Below, in pieces: positions 40,624 through 54,381 of a stretch of DNA of 64,000 bases. The notes under the pieces are model-generated. The model did not search any database. It was not told the DNA's origin and saw nothing but the letters and a program-made list of their open reading frames with translations. The stretch's first letter is position 1; every line of letters begins with the position of its first letter. The stretch comes from Eledone cirrhosa (taxonomy: Eukaryota): contig OZ024741.1 in assembly GCA_964016885.1 (NCBI GenBank), positions 62,496,001-62,560,000 on the forward strand. Direction: 5' to 3'. The translations under genes were made by a program, and so were the position numbers.

Positions 40624-40685
40624 TGGAGCAGCAGCAACAGTAGTAGTAGTAATAAAGCAACAACAACAATTATAACAATAACAAC
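40140..40685. repeat. Compound trinucleotide microsatellite (ATT/AGT/AGC/ATC) with a higher-order duplication
   Basis: The block (agt)n-agc-agtggtagtagtaga-(atc)n-(agc)n occurs twice. Confidence 0.9.
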
Positions 40686-41068
40686 GTATTCTGCTGTGGC
40701 CAAGTACAACTGAATAACGGTCACTGTGATGGTGGTAAGTGGAGCGAGTGTTTAATGTTTAAAAGATGATATGTGATGTCTGCTTCAGTTAAAATATATT
40801 TCAGCAGACGATGCTTCAATGCCTGCCACATCTGTTTGTAACAGAATCACCCTGCAATATTTTCTCACCGACAGTTTTTGTCTGTATTTACTATCGTTCC
40901 AATTCACGAGGACGACGAAAAGTACCGTCAACAGAAACATTTAACTACTCTATATCTATCCTTGTTTCTCAGTTTTTTTATTTATTTTGTTTTGTTTAAT
41001 TTTTGTTTCCTTCACTCTGCCTCTCTCCCTCTCTCTCTCTCTCTGTCCGCCCCCCCCCTCTCTCTCTC

Positions 41069-41114
<46 letters not shown>

Positions 41115-41218
41115 ATGTGTGTGTGTGTGTGTATGTATGTATATATATATATATATATGTACGTATGTATATATATATATATATACAGTATATATATGTG
41201 TGTGTATATATGTATATA

Positions 41219-41252
<34 letters not shown>

Positions 41253-41364
41253 TATAAATATATGTGTGTGTATATATGCATATACATGTATATATATATA
41301 TATATGCATATATATCTATATCTATATATATATATGTATATATAACTATATCTATATATATATA

Positions 41365-41435
<71 letters not shown>

Positions 41436-41444
41436 ATATATATT

Positions 41445-41479
<35 letters not shown>

Positions 41480-42724
41480 ATCTTTTTCGCTCAGTCGCTC
41501 GCTCTTTGTTTTGTTTCTTAATTATAAGGAATATTGGATACCTCTGTCAGTCTCTCATGGATTACCAGCTCTACACAGACATTTAAATTGATTAAATAAA
41601 TAAATAAATAACACATATGTAACATGGCCGCCAAAGGTCCGTCGAGTCCTGTCGGCGTCCACCACTCTTAAACATTGTTTCTGCATTTATTTTATCGTTA
41701 CACGTGTGTCCTTAACCGTCAAATATGCAAATATATGTATGCATGGATGTATGCATGTGTGGGTATCTATGTATATATGTATGTATGTATGTATATGTGT
41801 GTGTATGTATCTATGTATTATGTATGTATGTATGTGTATATAGGAGTGTGTGAATGTATATCGGTGTCTACGTATACACCGAATCAAACAAAAAACTGAA
41901 ATATATTTATTTGTATATGCAATTTTTTCTATCTACCTACTTACCTACCTACCTACTTATCTGTCTATTTATCTATCTATCTATCTATAGATTCCATATA
42001 TATATATATATATATAAACGAGCTAAGAATTTTATTCTATCATTTTCCTTTGTTGGATATGCTCTGTGTTTACGTCTATCTTTCTTTATGTTTTACCTTA
42101 AGAATATATTTAATATCTTCCACCTATAATTACATACAAACATTGAGCTTTGTATAAAATCATTTGGCAATCATATTCTTTCATATATAACTGTCTATGC
42201 AAATAGTAGACGATAATAAGTAGATTGATTAAATATGTACCTGACTTCAAAATAAATACTGAGGTTGATATGAACGACTAAATCAAGGCAGTGTCCCAGT
42301 ATGGCTGCAGTCTAATTACTGGAATAAGTAGAAAAATAAAAGAACACACAAATATCAAAGACGCAGCTTGAGAGGAAATGGAGGCTTAATTCATCGTGTA
42401 AGTGTTAGGAAGCGTTGGAGTCATTTTCAAATAATTAATAAACATCTATAAATTTTTCACTCCATTTCACACAGTTTAAACTATCGTCTTCCCATTTAAT
42501 GTTTGATTTATAACACTGTTGTATGTATGTATATATGTGTGTGTGTGTGGGGGGGGGCATGTGTGTATGTATGCATATATGTATGTACATATGCATGTAA
42601 TGTATATATGTGTAAATGCATATATGTATGTATGTATGCATATATGATATGTATATATGTAAGAATGTATGTATGTATATATGTAAGAATATATGTATGT
42701 ATATACACATGTGTGTATGCATGT

Positions 42725-43258
42725 CAAGTCACTCTTGAGTGCTACTAGTAAGATGCAACCCAGTACAACCTGTCGCATGGTCGGGTTGTCGGCGACTAAA
42801 CCGGCAACCCCACCAAGTTTACTTCGTGAGGAGGGTGATTTTGGACACCCTGCAGGACAAAAAGCAAAATCTGACAAAGGGCGGAAGAACTCATAAGAGT
42901 CAACGGCCATACGTACGTGTGTATATATGTATATACACATGTACCGCGTAGTTAAACCACTGGGCGTGAAGGACCCCTAGCCTTTGTCAGGGCATTCTTC
43001 TAGGAGAAAGCAACTCAGGAAACTGGGATAACTTCGATATAAAACCTGCGGCTCAGTAGTTACCGATGATGTTGATCTTTTCTTCTTTTCGTGTTATAGC
43101 TACTGTCGCTCAGAGACTGGGATTGGCTCAGTGCACAGTCTTTCCTCACTTTCAAAAATATCTTCATGCACAAGCATTGCACGATATAATTAATTAATAA
43201 TTATTAATAATGGTGTATCGTGCAATGGCCATACTCGATAACGAGGGGGCAGCCATCA
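42725..43258 (+). mobile_element. RTE-type LINE 5'UTR-like remnant
   Basis: GC-richer island with ggc..ctaggagaaagcaactc (resembling the RTE 5'UTR motif CTAGGAGAAGGAAAACTC) and tgtcg..gcgactaaa. It has no ORF. Confidence 0.55.
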
Positions 43259-43454
43259 TCATGTATGCATGTATGTATGTATGCATATATATATGTATGT
43301 ATGAATGAATGTATGTATGTATCTGTGCATGCATGTCTGTAACTGTGTATGTGTGTTTGTGTCTATGTTTGTTTGTGTGTATGTGTGTGTGAATGTTATA
43401 TTAGGTGTTCTATGAAACTTAAAGGATTTTTCAAGGCCTATATATATATATATA

Positions 43455-43553
43455 CAGGGTGTCCCCAAAAATGTATGCACACTTCAACAGTATTGTAATA
43501 AATATTGCCTGTACAGGTAATCAAAGTGTGTATACATTTTTAGGGACACCCTG
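43455..43553. mobile_element. Tc1/mariner-type MITE
   Basis: TIRs cagggtgtccccaaaaatgtat / atacatttttagggacaccctg, flanked by TA. Confidence 0.85.
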
Positions 43554-45156
43554 TATATATATATATATATATAATGCAAATATATATGGGGTGGAGTGGG
43601 GGGATTGTACCATCCATTACTACTACTACTACTACTACTACTACAGAATAACTGGTATTGTTGTCAAGCCACTTTCCGCCTCCATCATCCACACATTTTA
43701 CTTTTAGTCAACCCTATTTCGCTGACCATTTCCGCTATACTTCCTGTCATGTGATTGATCTGTACATTTCACTGAGAAATAAATAAGCTAAACAAACTGT
43801 ATTCACTTCGTAACCATGTAGTTCTGAATTCAGTTCAGCTGCGCATCATTTTGGAGAAGTGTCTTTTACTATGGCCTCGGGTTGACCAATGCATTGTGAT
43901 CTTGGTTAGGGCGCTAAATACCCAGGCACCAACTTTACTTACAGTGATATACGAGTACTCCTACAGATACCATGTTATGTATACAAACAGATCAGTCGAT
44001 CAGCTATATGTGATATTTTACCATGTTCCCCTATCGAACCCTATATGGGATCGTGATAGGGGGTGAGATCGAAGCGAACAAATCCAAGTAAGTTCACCCA
44101 GATGGTAATAATGAAAACTTACAAAAAGACATATAAGACATAGCATATACGTGGATTAAAGGTTTAAAGATTAAAGTTTGTCTCAAATCTAGAGGCTCGT
44201 CAGGCCAGAGCTTATTTTAAATGACTGAGAATACAAAACTGACACCTCCCGGGACAGGATGCCAGTCTATAGCAGGGCTAACTTACAGCTGTTGCCGATA
44301 TTAATTTTCTGCTGACTTGACTTGGATTACTATGATATAAAATGTTTCGCTCAAGAACACAAGGCGCAAATCTGACCAAGAATCAAACGATGGTCAGTAT
44401 ATCACCCTCACCACTGAACCATGCGCTTAGGGGGCATATATAGGGGACTCAGAAATGAAAAAATTAAAAAGAAAGAAAAGCGGAAGTAAACATTGTGGGA
44501 GAATCAAAATGTTTTCAAGTGGGGTAATGACTTAAGGTGGTAAAAATGCTTACAATCAGGAAATAGTCACAAAAGGGAGCTCTTCTCAAGGTTAATTTTA
44601 CTGTCTAACACTCATCACTCATCCAACCTTCAAATAGAGTTATTTTTCACCAAGCTGTTGTTAGAGGGAAGGGGGTGGGAGAGGGGAAATGAGGGGAGGG
44701 AAAAGATGACGCCAACAGAGAAAGAGAGAGAGGGAGAGAGGGGGGGGGGAGACAGGCAGCGAGAGTGAGAGAGAGAGAGGACGAGACGGTGGAAAATAAA
44801 AGGAGAGGATATAATAAGAAGAGTGTATGGGAGGGAGATGAACGGGATGTGACGAAGGGAAAGTAAGATGTGAATGTATTGGCGATTCCCCCATTTGCTG
44901 TGGTAACAACAAATAAACTAACAGTCGCTTTCAAGCGCGCACGTACACACAATTATTTACATATATACATATGTGTGTGTGTGGGGGGGGGGGGGGTTAT
45001 CTGGGAGACACGAGGTTCGAATCCTCATATTGGCCGATGGCAACTTCTTTTTCCGTTTTTAAGGATCTTCATCGTATTTTATAAGCTCTTTTATAGGATA
45101 ACATTTCCGCGTATGAGGACACGATTCTTTATATACATACATACATACACACACAT

Positions 45157-45227
<71 letters not shown>

Positions 45228-45268
45228 CATGAAATATAAGAATCAAAGAACTGTTCAAAACATTATTG

Positions 45269-45315
45269 TGCTTACAGCTGTTTCCTCCAAACCGAGGTTT
45301 GGATTCTTCGGAGCA
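45269..45315 (-). ncRNA. Type I hammerhead, U4C variant, at the PLE-4 3' end
   Basis: tgct-CCGAAGA-a-tccaaacc-tc-ggtttgga-g-GAAA-cagctg-TA-agca. Confidence 0.8.
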
Positions 45316-46989
45316 ATTTATTAATGCATGGACAGTTATATGACCTCCTCTTCAGCCGAGAGACATACCGATACATATTCATCAAACATTGATACATATT
45401 CAAACATTGTGGGTCAACATTCATTACAGAATTTAGAGTGGCAGTACACACTTCGAGATTACATTTATATTAAGAGGTACAATCAAAAATCAAAAATACA
45501 GGTTAAAATACAACATGAAGATAAGCGGTTATATAGTGCAAATTTTATATGTGTGGCACGCATGTGCGTCTTGTTTATATAGTGTGGCAGAGCGATATGT
45601 GTGGTTGAGGCACTTAGGTAGGTAAACAAGAGTGTTAGGTTGGTAGATCTGGTGGCAAATTCTTTATATGATTGATATAGTCTGTGTGTGGAGAAATGTT
45701 ATAAGCATTAAAAATAGTGCAAGCATTAAAAGTGTTAAAAGTATTGGAGATGCACAGCGAAGGGATGTCAAGTATTTCATGTACTTCGGCATTTTCATGG
45801 TCAGGGGAGTGTATTTTTCGATTATATGCCCCTCACATAATCCACGACAATCCGATATTGAGCGTTTGACAATCCAGTTAGAGATCGTAGTCTGGTGTTC
45901 TTTAGTTCAATACAGGAGGCTGTTACGTTTCGAGAAACGCCATTGAATACCACCCGGAAGTGTGTGTGTGGCTAAGGGGAGTTAATGCATGCGGGGAGGT
46001 AACTCCGGGGTTTCTATACCTAGCTATTAAAATGTGTCACAATATAGACCCTAATTTCTATGGTGATGCGCATCCTCCAAGAAAATTTTTAAAGCATAAA
46101 GTGTATTAACTATAGAGTAGTTTAATTAAGTTATGCTGAAGGTGATCATATTATTATGGTGGATTAACCCATCGTAAGGTGCCACAAATGGAGATTATAG
46201 ATGATGAGCGAGGATTCTAAATTAATGATCTCTGTGGTTGTAGTCTACTCATAGGACCAGGCGCGGTGATTGCAGGATTGCTTCAGGACCCAATGATCTC
46301 TGGTAAGTTCTGGGTCATCGCTTGCTACATTGGATGTCGAAAGACAATCATCCCCAGGCCGGCCAGAGGTCAATCCGCAGTCCTCGCGACCCCTCTCTGA
46401 CCGTCAGATCATCCATATATGTACAAAAAATCTGAGGTGTTTGCAACTTGCCAGCACCGCTTCAGACATTCCTTCCAAAACTTTAAGCCCAATATATAGC
46501 AATGTCGGACTGGAACCTAGCACCACATCTAGCATCAAACACCAGAGACACACCTTATACTACATACCCAACACTAACTGATCTATTATAACACAAACAA
46601 CGACATCCCTCTGGAACCCTTCGCAGGGAGAATACCCATTTATACCTCTACGTATTCACTCACTGCGCTCAGCAGCCTGGTCCTACTGCTCAACAGCGTT
46701 ACTAGATTAAATCATTTTCCATCTGTCTAAGGAATGTGTTTCCTCTGCACAACACTATCCAACCGATCAATTCATGCTCAGATTACCCTTAGAGCGGTGT
46801 AGTGCCGTTCAAGTGGGTGGATGTTGTCACACCTGACGTAGAGGTATAAATGGGTATTCTCCCTGCGAAGGGTTCCAGAGGGATGTCGTTGTTTGTGTTA
46901 TAATAGATCAGTTAGTGTTGGGTATGTAGTATAAGGTGTGTCTCTGGTGTTTGATGCTAGATGTGGTGCTAGGTTCCAGTCCGACATTG

Positions 46990-48534
46990 CTATATATTGG
47001 GCTTAAAGTTTTGGAAGGAATGTCTGAAGCGGTGCTGGCAAGTTGCAAACACCTCAGATTTTTTGTTAAGTAGGTTACGGTTGGAGAAGATAATATTGTG
47101 TGTCTCTAGTATACAGAGGTTACAAAATTTATTAGGTGGTTTGTACGAGGTCGCGCTGCCTATCACTTCCCATTTGAGTGTGTATGGTTTATTTTTAGTT
47201 TTTAGATAGTGTATGTAGCTAGAAAGTGAGGTGGAGTTTGCTAGGCTGTGCTTTTTGAACGAGTGGATGTGCGAATTATATCTGATTTTGAAGCAGTTAG
47301 AAGTGGAGCCTACATAGGTTTCTGAAGAGTTGTTAGTCGTGACGGTGCATGAGTATATGATATCCTTGGTTAGGCATTTTTTATCTAAAGGGCAGGTTCT
47401 ATTAGCTCTACAGTTACAATTATCCTGTGCGTTAGTCCGCTGGTTATAATGCAGTGCGGAAGTCTGTGTGGTAGCTATACGATTTTGGGCGTTCAGGTTG
47501 ACAACCCTGGTGTTATTACTTATACTAGTGTTATTTCTATTGTTACTGCCGTTGCTATGGTTGCTTGCTACAGTGGTATTTAGAGGGTTTGCATCCCGTT
47601 GTGATTTTGTTTGTTGGAAGTAAGAACTAATTTTACTATTATTGCTGCTAGCTATGTGGTATGCTAAGTTAGGCGTCGTAGAGTATGAGATTTTAATGGT
47701 GTTTTTGTTTAAGAGGTTGTGGTACTTGTGTCCTAGAGGGAAGTTTTTATCTAGTAGTGAGAAGAAAGCCCTAGGTATGTTGGTGGAGACATTTAGGTTG
47801 AAAGGAGGGTTGAAAAATGTATTATTTCTTCTATTTTTGCTTTTAGTGTTTGGTGTGTTGCTTCTTCCTAAGGCCCCACAGTAGTTTCCATGGTAATGGT
47901 TACTTCCGGTGGCACCCTCCGCTTTGGTGTACTTGTGGTTGCTATTCCTATTATTAGGTTTCCTCATGGACATGTTGTGCGAGATGATGTTGTAGCTATG
48001 TGTTTTCTTAGGTAGGAACTCAATTTCTATATTATGGCAGGAGCTAGCTAATGCTTGATTGTAATATTGTGAGTTTTTGCTAAATATGTTTGCGTCATAG
48101 GACAGACTAGAGATTCTATTGGACACCCCCTTAGAGATAGAGTTTAATATTGATCTAGGGTGATTAGACTTGGTATCTACGTAAATAAGTTTCTCGTTAG
48201 GCTTATGGAAAGGTGTATATATTTTTGAGTCTAGGTATAGTGTGGCGTCTAGGAAGTTAACATTTTTAGTGTTTTTGTCCATGGTGATACTAAGGTTAAA
48301 GTTTTTGAATGTCTTATGCAATTGTTTTCTAGTTCTTTCTATATTAAATTTTTTATATTCTATAAGTAGAAGTGCATCATCGCGGTACAAACCACCGTTG
48401 AGGTAAGGGAGGTCCTTATGGATTTCATTGAGAAGGTATAGGCCGACCAAATCAGTGACCTGCGCCGAGTCACTAGATCCCATGGTTATGTCGAAGTTGT
48501 TGTGCGTATCCTTGCGTGTCCATAGTTGGTCCTC
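46990..48534 (-). CDS. PLE-4 truncated RT plus GIY-YIG ORF
   Basis: FDITMGSSDSAQV, GGLYRDD, NFLD, SNHP, FFNPPF, CNCR..CPL, IIYSC..YVGST, CNLC..E, LLNKKSE..C.H. Confidence 0.92.
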   Translation of the reverse strand, partial: EDQLWTRKDTHNNFDITMGSSDSAQVTDLVGLYLLNEIHKDLPYLNGGLYRDDALLLIEYKKFNIERTRKQLHKTFKNFNLSITMDKNTKNVNFLDATLYLDSKIYTPFHKPNEKLIYVDTKSNHPRSILNSISKGVSNRISSLSYDANIFSKNSQYYNQALASSCHNIEIEFLPKKTHSYNIISHNMSMRKPNNRNSNHKYTKAEGATGSNHYHGNYCGALGRSNTPNTKSKNRRNNTFFNPPFNLNVSTNIPRAFFSLLDKNFPLGHKYHNLLNKNTIKISYSTTPNLAYHIASSNNSKISSYFQQTKSQRDANPLNTTVASNHSNGSNNRNNTSISNNTRVVNLNAQNRIATTQTSALHYNQRTNAQDNCNCRANRTCPLDKKCLTKDIIYSCTVTTNNSSETYVGSTSNCFKIRYNSHIHSFKKHSLANSTSLSSYIHYLKTKNKPYTLKWEVIGSATSYKPPNKFCNLCILETHNIIFSNRNLLNKKSEVFATCQHRFRHSFQNFKPNI

Positions 48535-48979
48535 GAACAGTTCTTTGATTCTTATATTTCATATAACTGCTCTGTAAATCATCTGATGTTTTTACATTGA
48601 GCTACTTAACTTACTGGTAATAAGGTAGTAATACATTACTACCTACCACTATTTAGGGTGTGTGTAAAATACTTATAACTGCATAAGGTTTTGTATTTAC
48701 ATAACCATAAATAGTATAACTAATACTATATATATATATATGCATACATACACATATACATGCATACATACACATATATATGCATATATATATAGTTAAC
48801 CTGATTAGTTCTTTCCTTGTTTTGGTATTGTATGGTTGGGTTTTGCCTACCGCAATTTTCAATTTGTCAAGCTATTTAGACCTATGTTATTACGCTTATT
48901 GCGTGCTTTGCTACTCATTCCTTATTGTAGGTCGACTTTGCTTGGCCACAGCCAAAGCTTCGATTTTACTAAGCTTCTA

Positions 48980-49038
<59 letters not shown>

Positions 49039-49770
49039 GTGTGTGTGTGTGTGTGTGTATGATTATAAGGTCGAATTAGAATCCTGTTACTTTGATGTTT
49101 CGCATGTGTGTTCAGAGAGTTATCAAATGTGGAGGGATGGGTTGTTATTAGAATGCTAACTAGGGGCTATGGATACCTAGGGTAAGCGCGTTGATGTGAG
49201 ATATGTTTATAAAGATTTCTACTATCGGCACAAGGCCAGCAATTTTGAGGGAGCAGAAAGTCAATTAAATCAACCCCAGTGCGTAACTGGTACTTTATTT
49301 TCGACCCCAACATATTTTTTACTGTGAAGTATAACGTTACAAACTGGGCCTAAAAGCCCTGGGCAGAATAAAAAGTTAACACTGTATTTTCTATGTTTAT
49401 TTAAACAAAATATCAAATAGTACCATCTATTTCACATTGTAATAGAGGATGTAGCCAAAGGATACATATTGGTCTTTTTATTTTGTTATAATTTGGTCTC
49501 GTTCTTACGCTTTTCTTATTTCATTCATACTCCTTTACTTCTTTTACTTTAATTTGATAAAGCGTTTAATCTGAAACCTCGTATCCATTCGTTTTCTTTT
49601 CATTAAGGGTAATTGTTTCTATTATACACATTTTATAACTTTTTGTGCATATATTTTCTCCTCCACATGTCATTTTTTAACCTTTTGTTAACTTCGTTTA
49701 AGCTCAATGGTTGTTCAACTCTCCATCTCTAATTATTTCGGTCGTTTTTCTTTTCTTTTGTTTAACCTAC

Positions 49771-49892
49771 TTACCTATTTAATAGTTTCTTAAACAAGTA
49801 TGGAAGTAAAATGGCTTGAACCGATACAATTGGCCCTACACCAATCACGTAGTAACTGTATTCGTAGGAACCCATGTATTCCGAGAAGATTC
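49771..49892 (-). CDS. SLC16-like transporter, TM12 exon (ends at AGG TAA, or splices at 49775)
   Basis: Acceptor ttgcag in phase 1, compatible with the previous exon. Reads GIFSEYMGSYEYSYYVIGVGPIVSVQAILLPYLFKKLLNR. Confidence 0.75.
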
Positions 49893-50154
49893 CTGCAATC
49901 AACAACAACATCTTTAAACATAAGTGGTCAGATATGAACATTCAATGAATAAATATATGTAAAAATATATATATATCCTGAGGTTGTGAGTTCGATTCCC
50001 GGAGCGGATAACGCGTTATGTCCTTGAACAAGGCACTTTATTTCACGTTGCTCCTTCTACATGGAGTTGCGACCGATAGATAGGTTTAGCAATTGGAAAG
50101 ATCAATGGAAGCATTGTTTCTCGGGACGATTTGACGAAAGACAATCGACTGTTG

Positions 50155-50207
<53 letters not shown>

Positions 50208-50443
50208 CATTCTTATTCTTTTACTAGTTTCAGTAATTAGACTGGGGTCGTGCTGGGGTATCGCTTTGAAGATATTTAGTCATCAGACTGCAGCCATGCA
50301 GGAATATCACTTTAAAGGGATCTAGTTGATCATATTTACTAACCAGTACACACAAACACACACACACACACCCACACCCACACACATATATATATAAATA
50401 TAGTGAAATGGATTGTAAACTTGCGTTACTGTTGGCTCACTCC

Positions 50444-50633
50444 TAATTGTTTCTACTTTTGACACAAGGCCACGAATTATCCCAGTACATTACTGGTACT
50501 TTACTTTATCGACCCCGTAAGGATGAAAGGCAACGTTAACCTCAGGGGGATTTGAACTCAGACCATAGAGGGGCGTAACTATGCTGCAAAGCATGGCGTC
50601 CGACCCTCTACCGAAACTTCCAATCTACCGCCC
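50444..50633 (-). mobile_element. SINE S1
   Basis: Homologous to 31433-31624. Other partial copies lie near 18000, 25180, 49250, 52650, 57650, 58500 and 60930-61165. Confidence 0.88.
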
Positions 50634-50693
50634 TTAGTAATATTGTTAATAAGTAGGAACGAGGCGTCAGATTATCATAATTAAGTTTATTGA

Positions 50694-50782
50694 GGTGTGA
50701 CGTGCGTTTTGCGATTGATCAGCTTAAGGTTAGAACTCTATTGATCGGGCCTCGCACTGGAATCAGTAGCTCATCAGACTCC
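50694..50782 (-). ncRNA. Degenerate hammerhead (G12A) with long stem II
   Basis: ggagt-CTGATGA-gc..gc-AAAA-cgcacg-TC-acacc. Confidence 0.5.
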
Positions 50783-50863
50783 AAGAGTAACACCTGAATA
50801 AACTTAATGAAGATACTCTAACACCTCGTCCTTACTTATTAGTAATTATATATATATACATAC

Positions 50864-50958
<95 letters not shown>

Positions 50959-51302
50959 TGTGTGTGTGTGTGTGTGTGTGTGCGTTTGCATGAATGTACC
51001 AAAACACATACCCGCACATCTACAACATAATATGTAAACAACGAAACGCGCACTCGCGAAATGCATCTTATCTGCATACATATGTCAGTACCAATGATAG
51101 ATTCGGATTCTTCTCAAATGTTAAATCCTGAATATCTTTTTTTTATTCAACTTTCCAACATCCTTCTTTTTCTCCTAACTCTACTTTTGATGAAAGATAA
51201 ACGTCCGATACCTTGAGACATTGCATTTCCTTTTCCGACTATTGCAAATCTGATAACACAGTGTAATTGTATCTCTTCTGTGATTGTCTTGAAATATGTA
51301 TG

Positions 51303-51344
<42 letters not shown>

Positions 51345-51362
<18 letters not shown>

Positions 51363-51975
51363 TGAGGATGTCTGTGTGTGTGTGTGTGTGTGTGTGTCTC
51401 TGTGAGTTTGAATCCCTAAAACTCAAGAAGTACCCAACCGATTATTAACAAACTTTACATGTGTATTACTTATGTTTTAGGGAGTGCTATGCACATAAAA
51501 TCCAACTTTTTGATCCCCTGGGGCCTGCATTAGGTGAAAAATTGCGTTTTTCAGCTCTTTAGGGTTTTTTAGGCGTTACGTCAGACCGATTTCCTTGAAA
51601 TGGTAACTATGTATTAGTCAGTTCTTCTTCATACCATGAGCAAAGAAAATCATCTTTTTTATGGCCTAGGGTCAGCATTAGGTGAAAAACTTTATTTTTA
51701 TCAGCTTTTTAGGGTTTTTTTGAGGCGTTACGTCAAGCCGATTTTCCCGAAATTTCAAGGCATATTATTGTGCACATAAAAAAAAATTCATTTTCTTGAA
51801 AACCTGCATTTTTACTGCTTCATCGAGGAAAATTTTAAAGATTATCCAGCCATCAGAGTATTCGGTTTATTTTCTTTACATATTGTCGAGGCATGCAGTT
51901 TTTCCACGATTAGGTCTGTTGGCGGCCCGCGTCCCAAAATACCTTATCCCGTTCAACGCTGGGTACCACTGCTAG
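51345..51975 (+). mobile_element. Non-autonomous Helitron
   Basis: 5' tatataaaa..(tg)n..aactcaagaa..aaccgatt, an internal repeat of about 150 bp, and a 3' hairpin cccgttcaacgctggg followed by CTAG|T. Confidence 0.75.
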
Positions 51976-52013
<38 letters not shown>

Positions 52014-52056
52014 TATAAATATATATAATTACATAATAAATAAGACAAGATAATTA

Positions 52057-52125
52057 TTCCATTACCAAAGGTTTCAAGAAACTAGACGATCCTTACAGAA
52101 ACGTCCAGCCCGTTTATCAGATGAA
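52057..52125 (-). ncRNA. Degenerate hammerhead (G8A), related to 61803-61870
   Basis: ttcat-CTGATAA-(long hairpin)-GAAA-cc-ttt-gg-TA-atggaa. Confidence 0.6.
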
Positions 52126-52128
52126 TAG

Positions 52129-52256
<128 letters not shown>

Positions 52257-52741
52257 CTTAGGTAACATTACTGACTTGCATATTGCGCAACTTGGTGTGT
52301 AGCTTTCGGATTCCCAGAAACTAATCAAAGATATTTATATATCTATTAATCAGGTCCAGGTTCGTCTTTAACCTGTTTGTACTTTCGTTTTTGTAGTGGC
52401 TTTTGTGGCAAATCTCCGGCTGCAATTTTCACTGTCACACCCCTAAAGTATTGTTATTACTCTGAACTATAACTTATTGATTTATCGATATCATCTCATT
52501 GAGTGCTTCGTGCCAGCTTCTGAAGATTGATTTCGAAAAATGCTAATCGCAGCTGCAACTTAGATTTTACTCATGATTATTGTTATTATTATTATTACTA
52601 TACTACAAATCCCGCCGAGGTTAACTTTGCCTTTCATCCTTACGGGGTCGATAAAATTAAGTACCAGTAATGCACTGAGTAATTGCTGGCCTTGTGCCTA
52701 AAGTAGAAACAATTATTATTACTATTATTATAATTATTATT

Positions 52742-52867
<126 letters not shown>

Positions 52868-53038
52868 AGTAAATCTACCAACATATGTATACAGATGTAT
52901 ACCCATGCTAGCAAATATATATATTATGTCTTAGTACCTTTGTGGTTCTATGCAGGGCGATGCAGAACAATAATATGAAAACGTAAAATAAGAAAATTTT
53001 AAAAGTTAAAAATTAAAAATTAACTTACTAAAATTTTC

Positions 53039-53120
53039 ATTCCAACTAATTAGTTTCTGTAAGGGGATAAATATAGTTACGTAAGATAACTATAGAGAAT
53101 TCCTTACGTCATCAGGGAGT
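53039..53120 (-). ncRNA. Type I hammerhead, family B
   Basis: actcc-CTGATGA-c-gtaagg..ccttac-a-GAAA-ctaattag-TT-ggaat. Confidence 0.82.
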
Positions 53121-53577
53121 CTATTCTCAGCTAAGTTCCCAGGCAATGCGCGGACACTAGGAACCCATATAAAAATAATAATTCAGTGGATGGAATAAAG
53201 CTAGCGGGGACTAAATTCCAAAGCACTGAAAAGATTCACTGCCTCTTTGGTCAGTGGCAGATTCTAAAGGATCAATTACGTGACACTGAGGTTAATAAGT
53301 GAGGAGTGGGGTGGTATTATGACAAGAGCCTATTACTACCATGAATCATAGCAGTAAATTTTGGCAAGTTTTACACAACAAATAATTTGGAGATAAATAT
53401 AGAGAATTAGTATATCTACCAACATATGTATACAGATGTATACCCATGCTAGCAAATATATATGTTATGTCTTAGTACCTTTGTGGTTCTATGCAGGGGG
53501 ATGCAGAACAATTATATGAAAGACGTAAAATAAGAAAATTTTAAAAATTAAAAATTAACTTACTTACTAAAATTTTC

Positions 53578-53659
53578 ACTCCAACTAATTAGTTTCTGTA
53601 AGGAGATAAATATAGTTACGTAAGATAACTATAGAGAATTCCTTACGTCACCAGGGAGT
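53578..53659 (-). ncRNA. Family B hammerhead copy with A6G (CTGGTGA)
   Basis: Same fold, 539 nt from the first copy. Confidence 0.7.
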
Positions 53660-54176
53660 CTATTCTCAGCTAAGTTCCCAGGCAATGCGCGGACACTAGG
53701 AACCCATATAAAAATAATAATTCAGTGGATGGAATAAAGCTAGCGGGGACTAAATTCCAAAGCACTGAAAAAATTCACTGCCTCTTTGGTCAGTGGCAGA
53801 TTCTAAATTGTTCTGCATCCCCCTGCATAGAACCACAAAGGTACTAAGACATAACATATATATTTGCTAGCATGGGTATACAACTGTATACATATGTTGG
53901 TAGATCTACTAATTCTCTATATTTATCTCCAAATTATTTGTTGAGTAAAACTTGCCAAAATTTACTGCTATGATTCATGATCCCACCCCACTCCTCACTG
54001 ATTAACGTCAGTGTCACGTGATTGATCCTTTAGAATCTGCCATTGACCAAAGAGGCAGTGAATTTTTTCAGTGCTTTGGAATTTAGTCCCCGCTAGCTTT
54101 ATTCCATCCACTGAATTATTATTTTTATATGGGTTCCTAGTGTCCGCGCATTGCCTGGGAACTTAGCTGAGAATAG

Positions 54177-54258
54177 ACTCCCTGATGACGTAAGGAATTC
54201 TCTATAGTTATCTTACGTAACTATATTTATCCCCTTACAGAAACTAATTAGTTGGAGT
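54177..54258 (+). ncRNA. Type I hammerhead in the inverted arm of family B
   Basis: actcc-CTGATGA-c-gtaagg..ccttac-a-GAAA-ctaattag-TT-ggagt. Confidence 0.85.
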
Positions 54259-54309
54259 GAACATTTTAGTAAGTTAATTTTTAATTTTTAAAATTTTCTT
54301 ATTTTACGG

Positions 54310-54381
<72 letters not shown>

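Larger units (their letters stand above)
45230..48563 (-). mobile_element. PLE-4 (Naiad-like), 5'-truncated, with an internal inversion and a short inverted terminal copy
   Basis: 46423-46653 is the reverse complement of 46836-47066. 48535-48561 is the reverse complement of 45230-45256. Confidence 0.88.

Noticed and set aside
40197-40724. Poly-Leu/Met ORF resembling a membrane protein
   Set aside because: It is a trinucleotide repeat.
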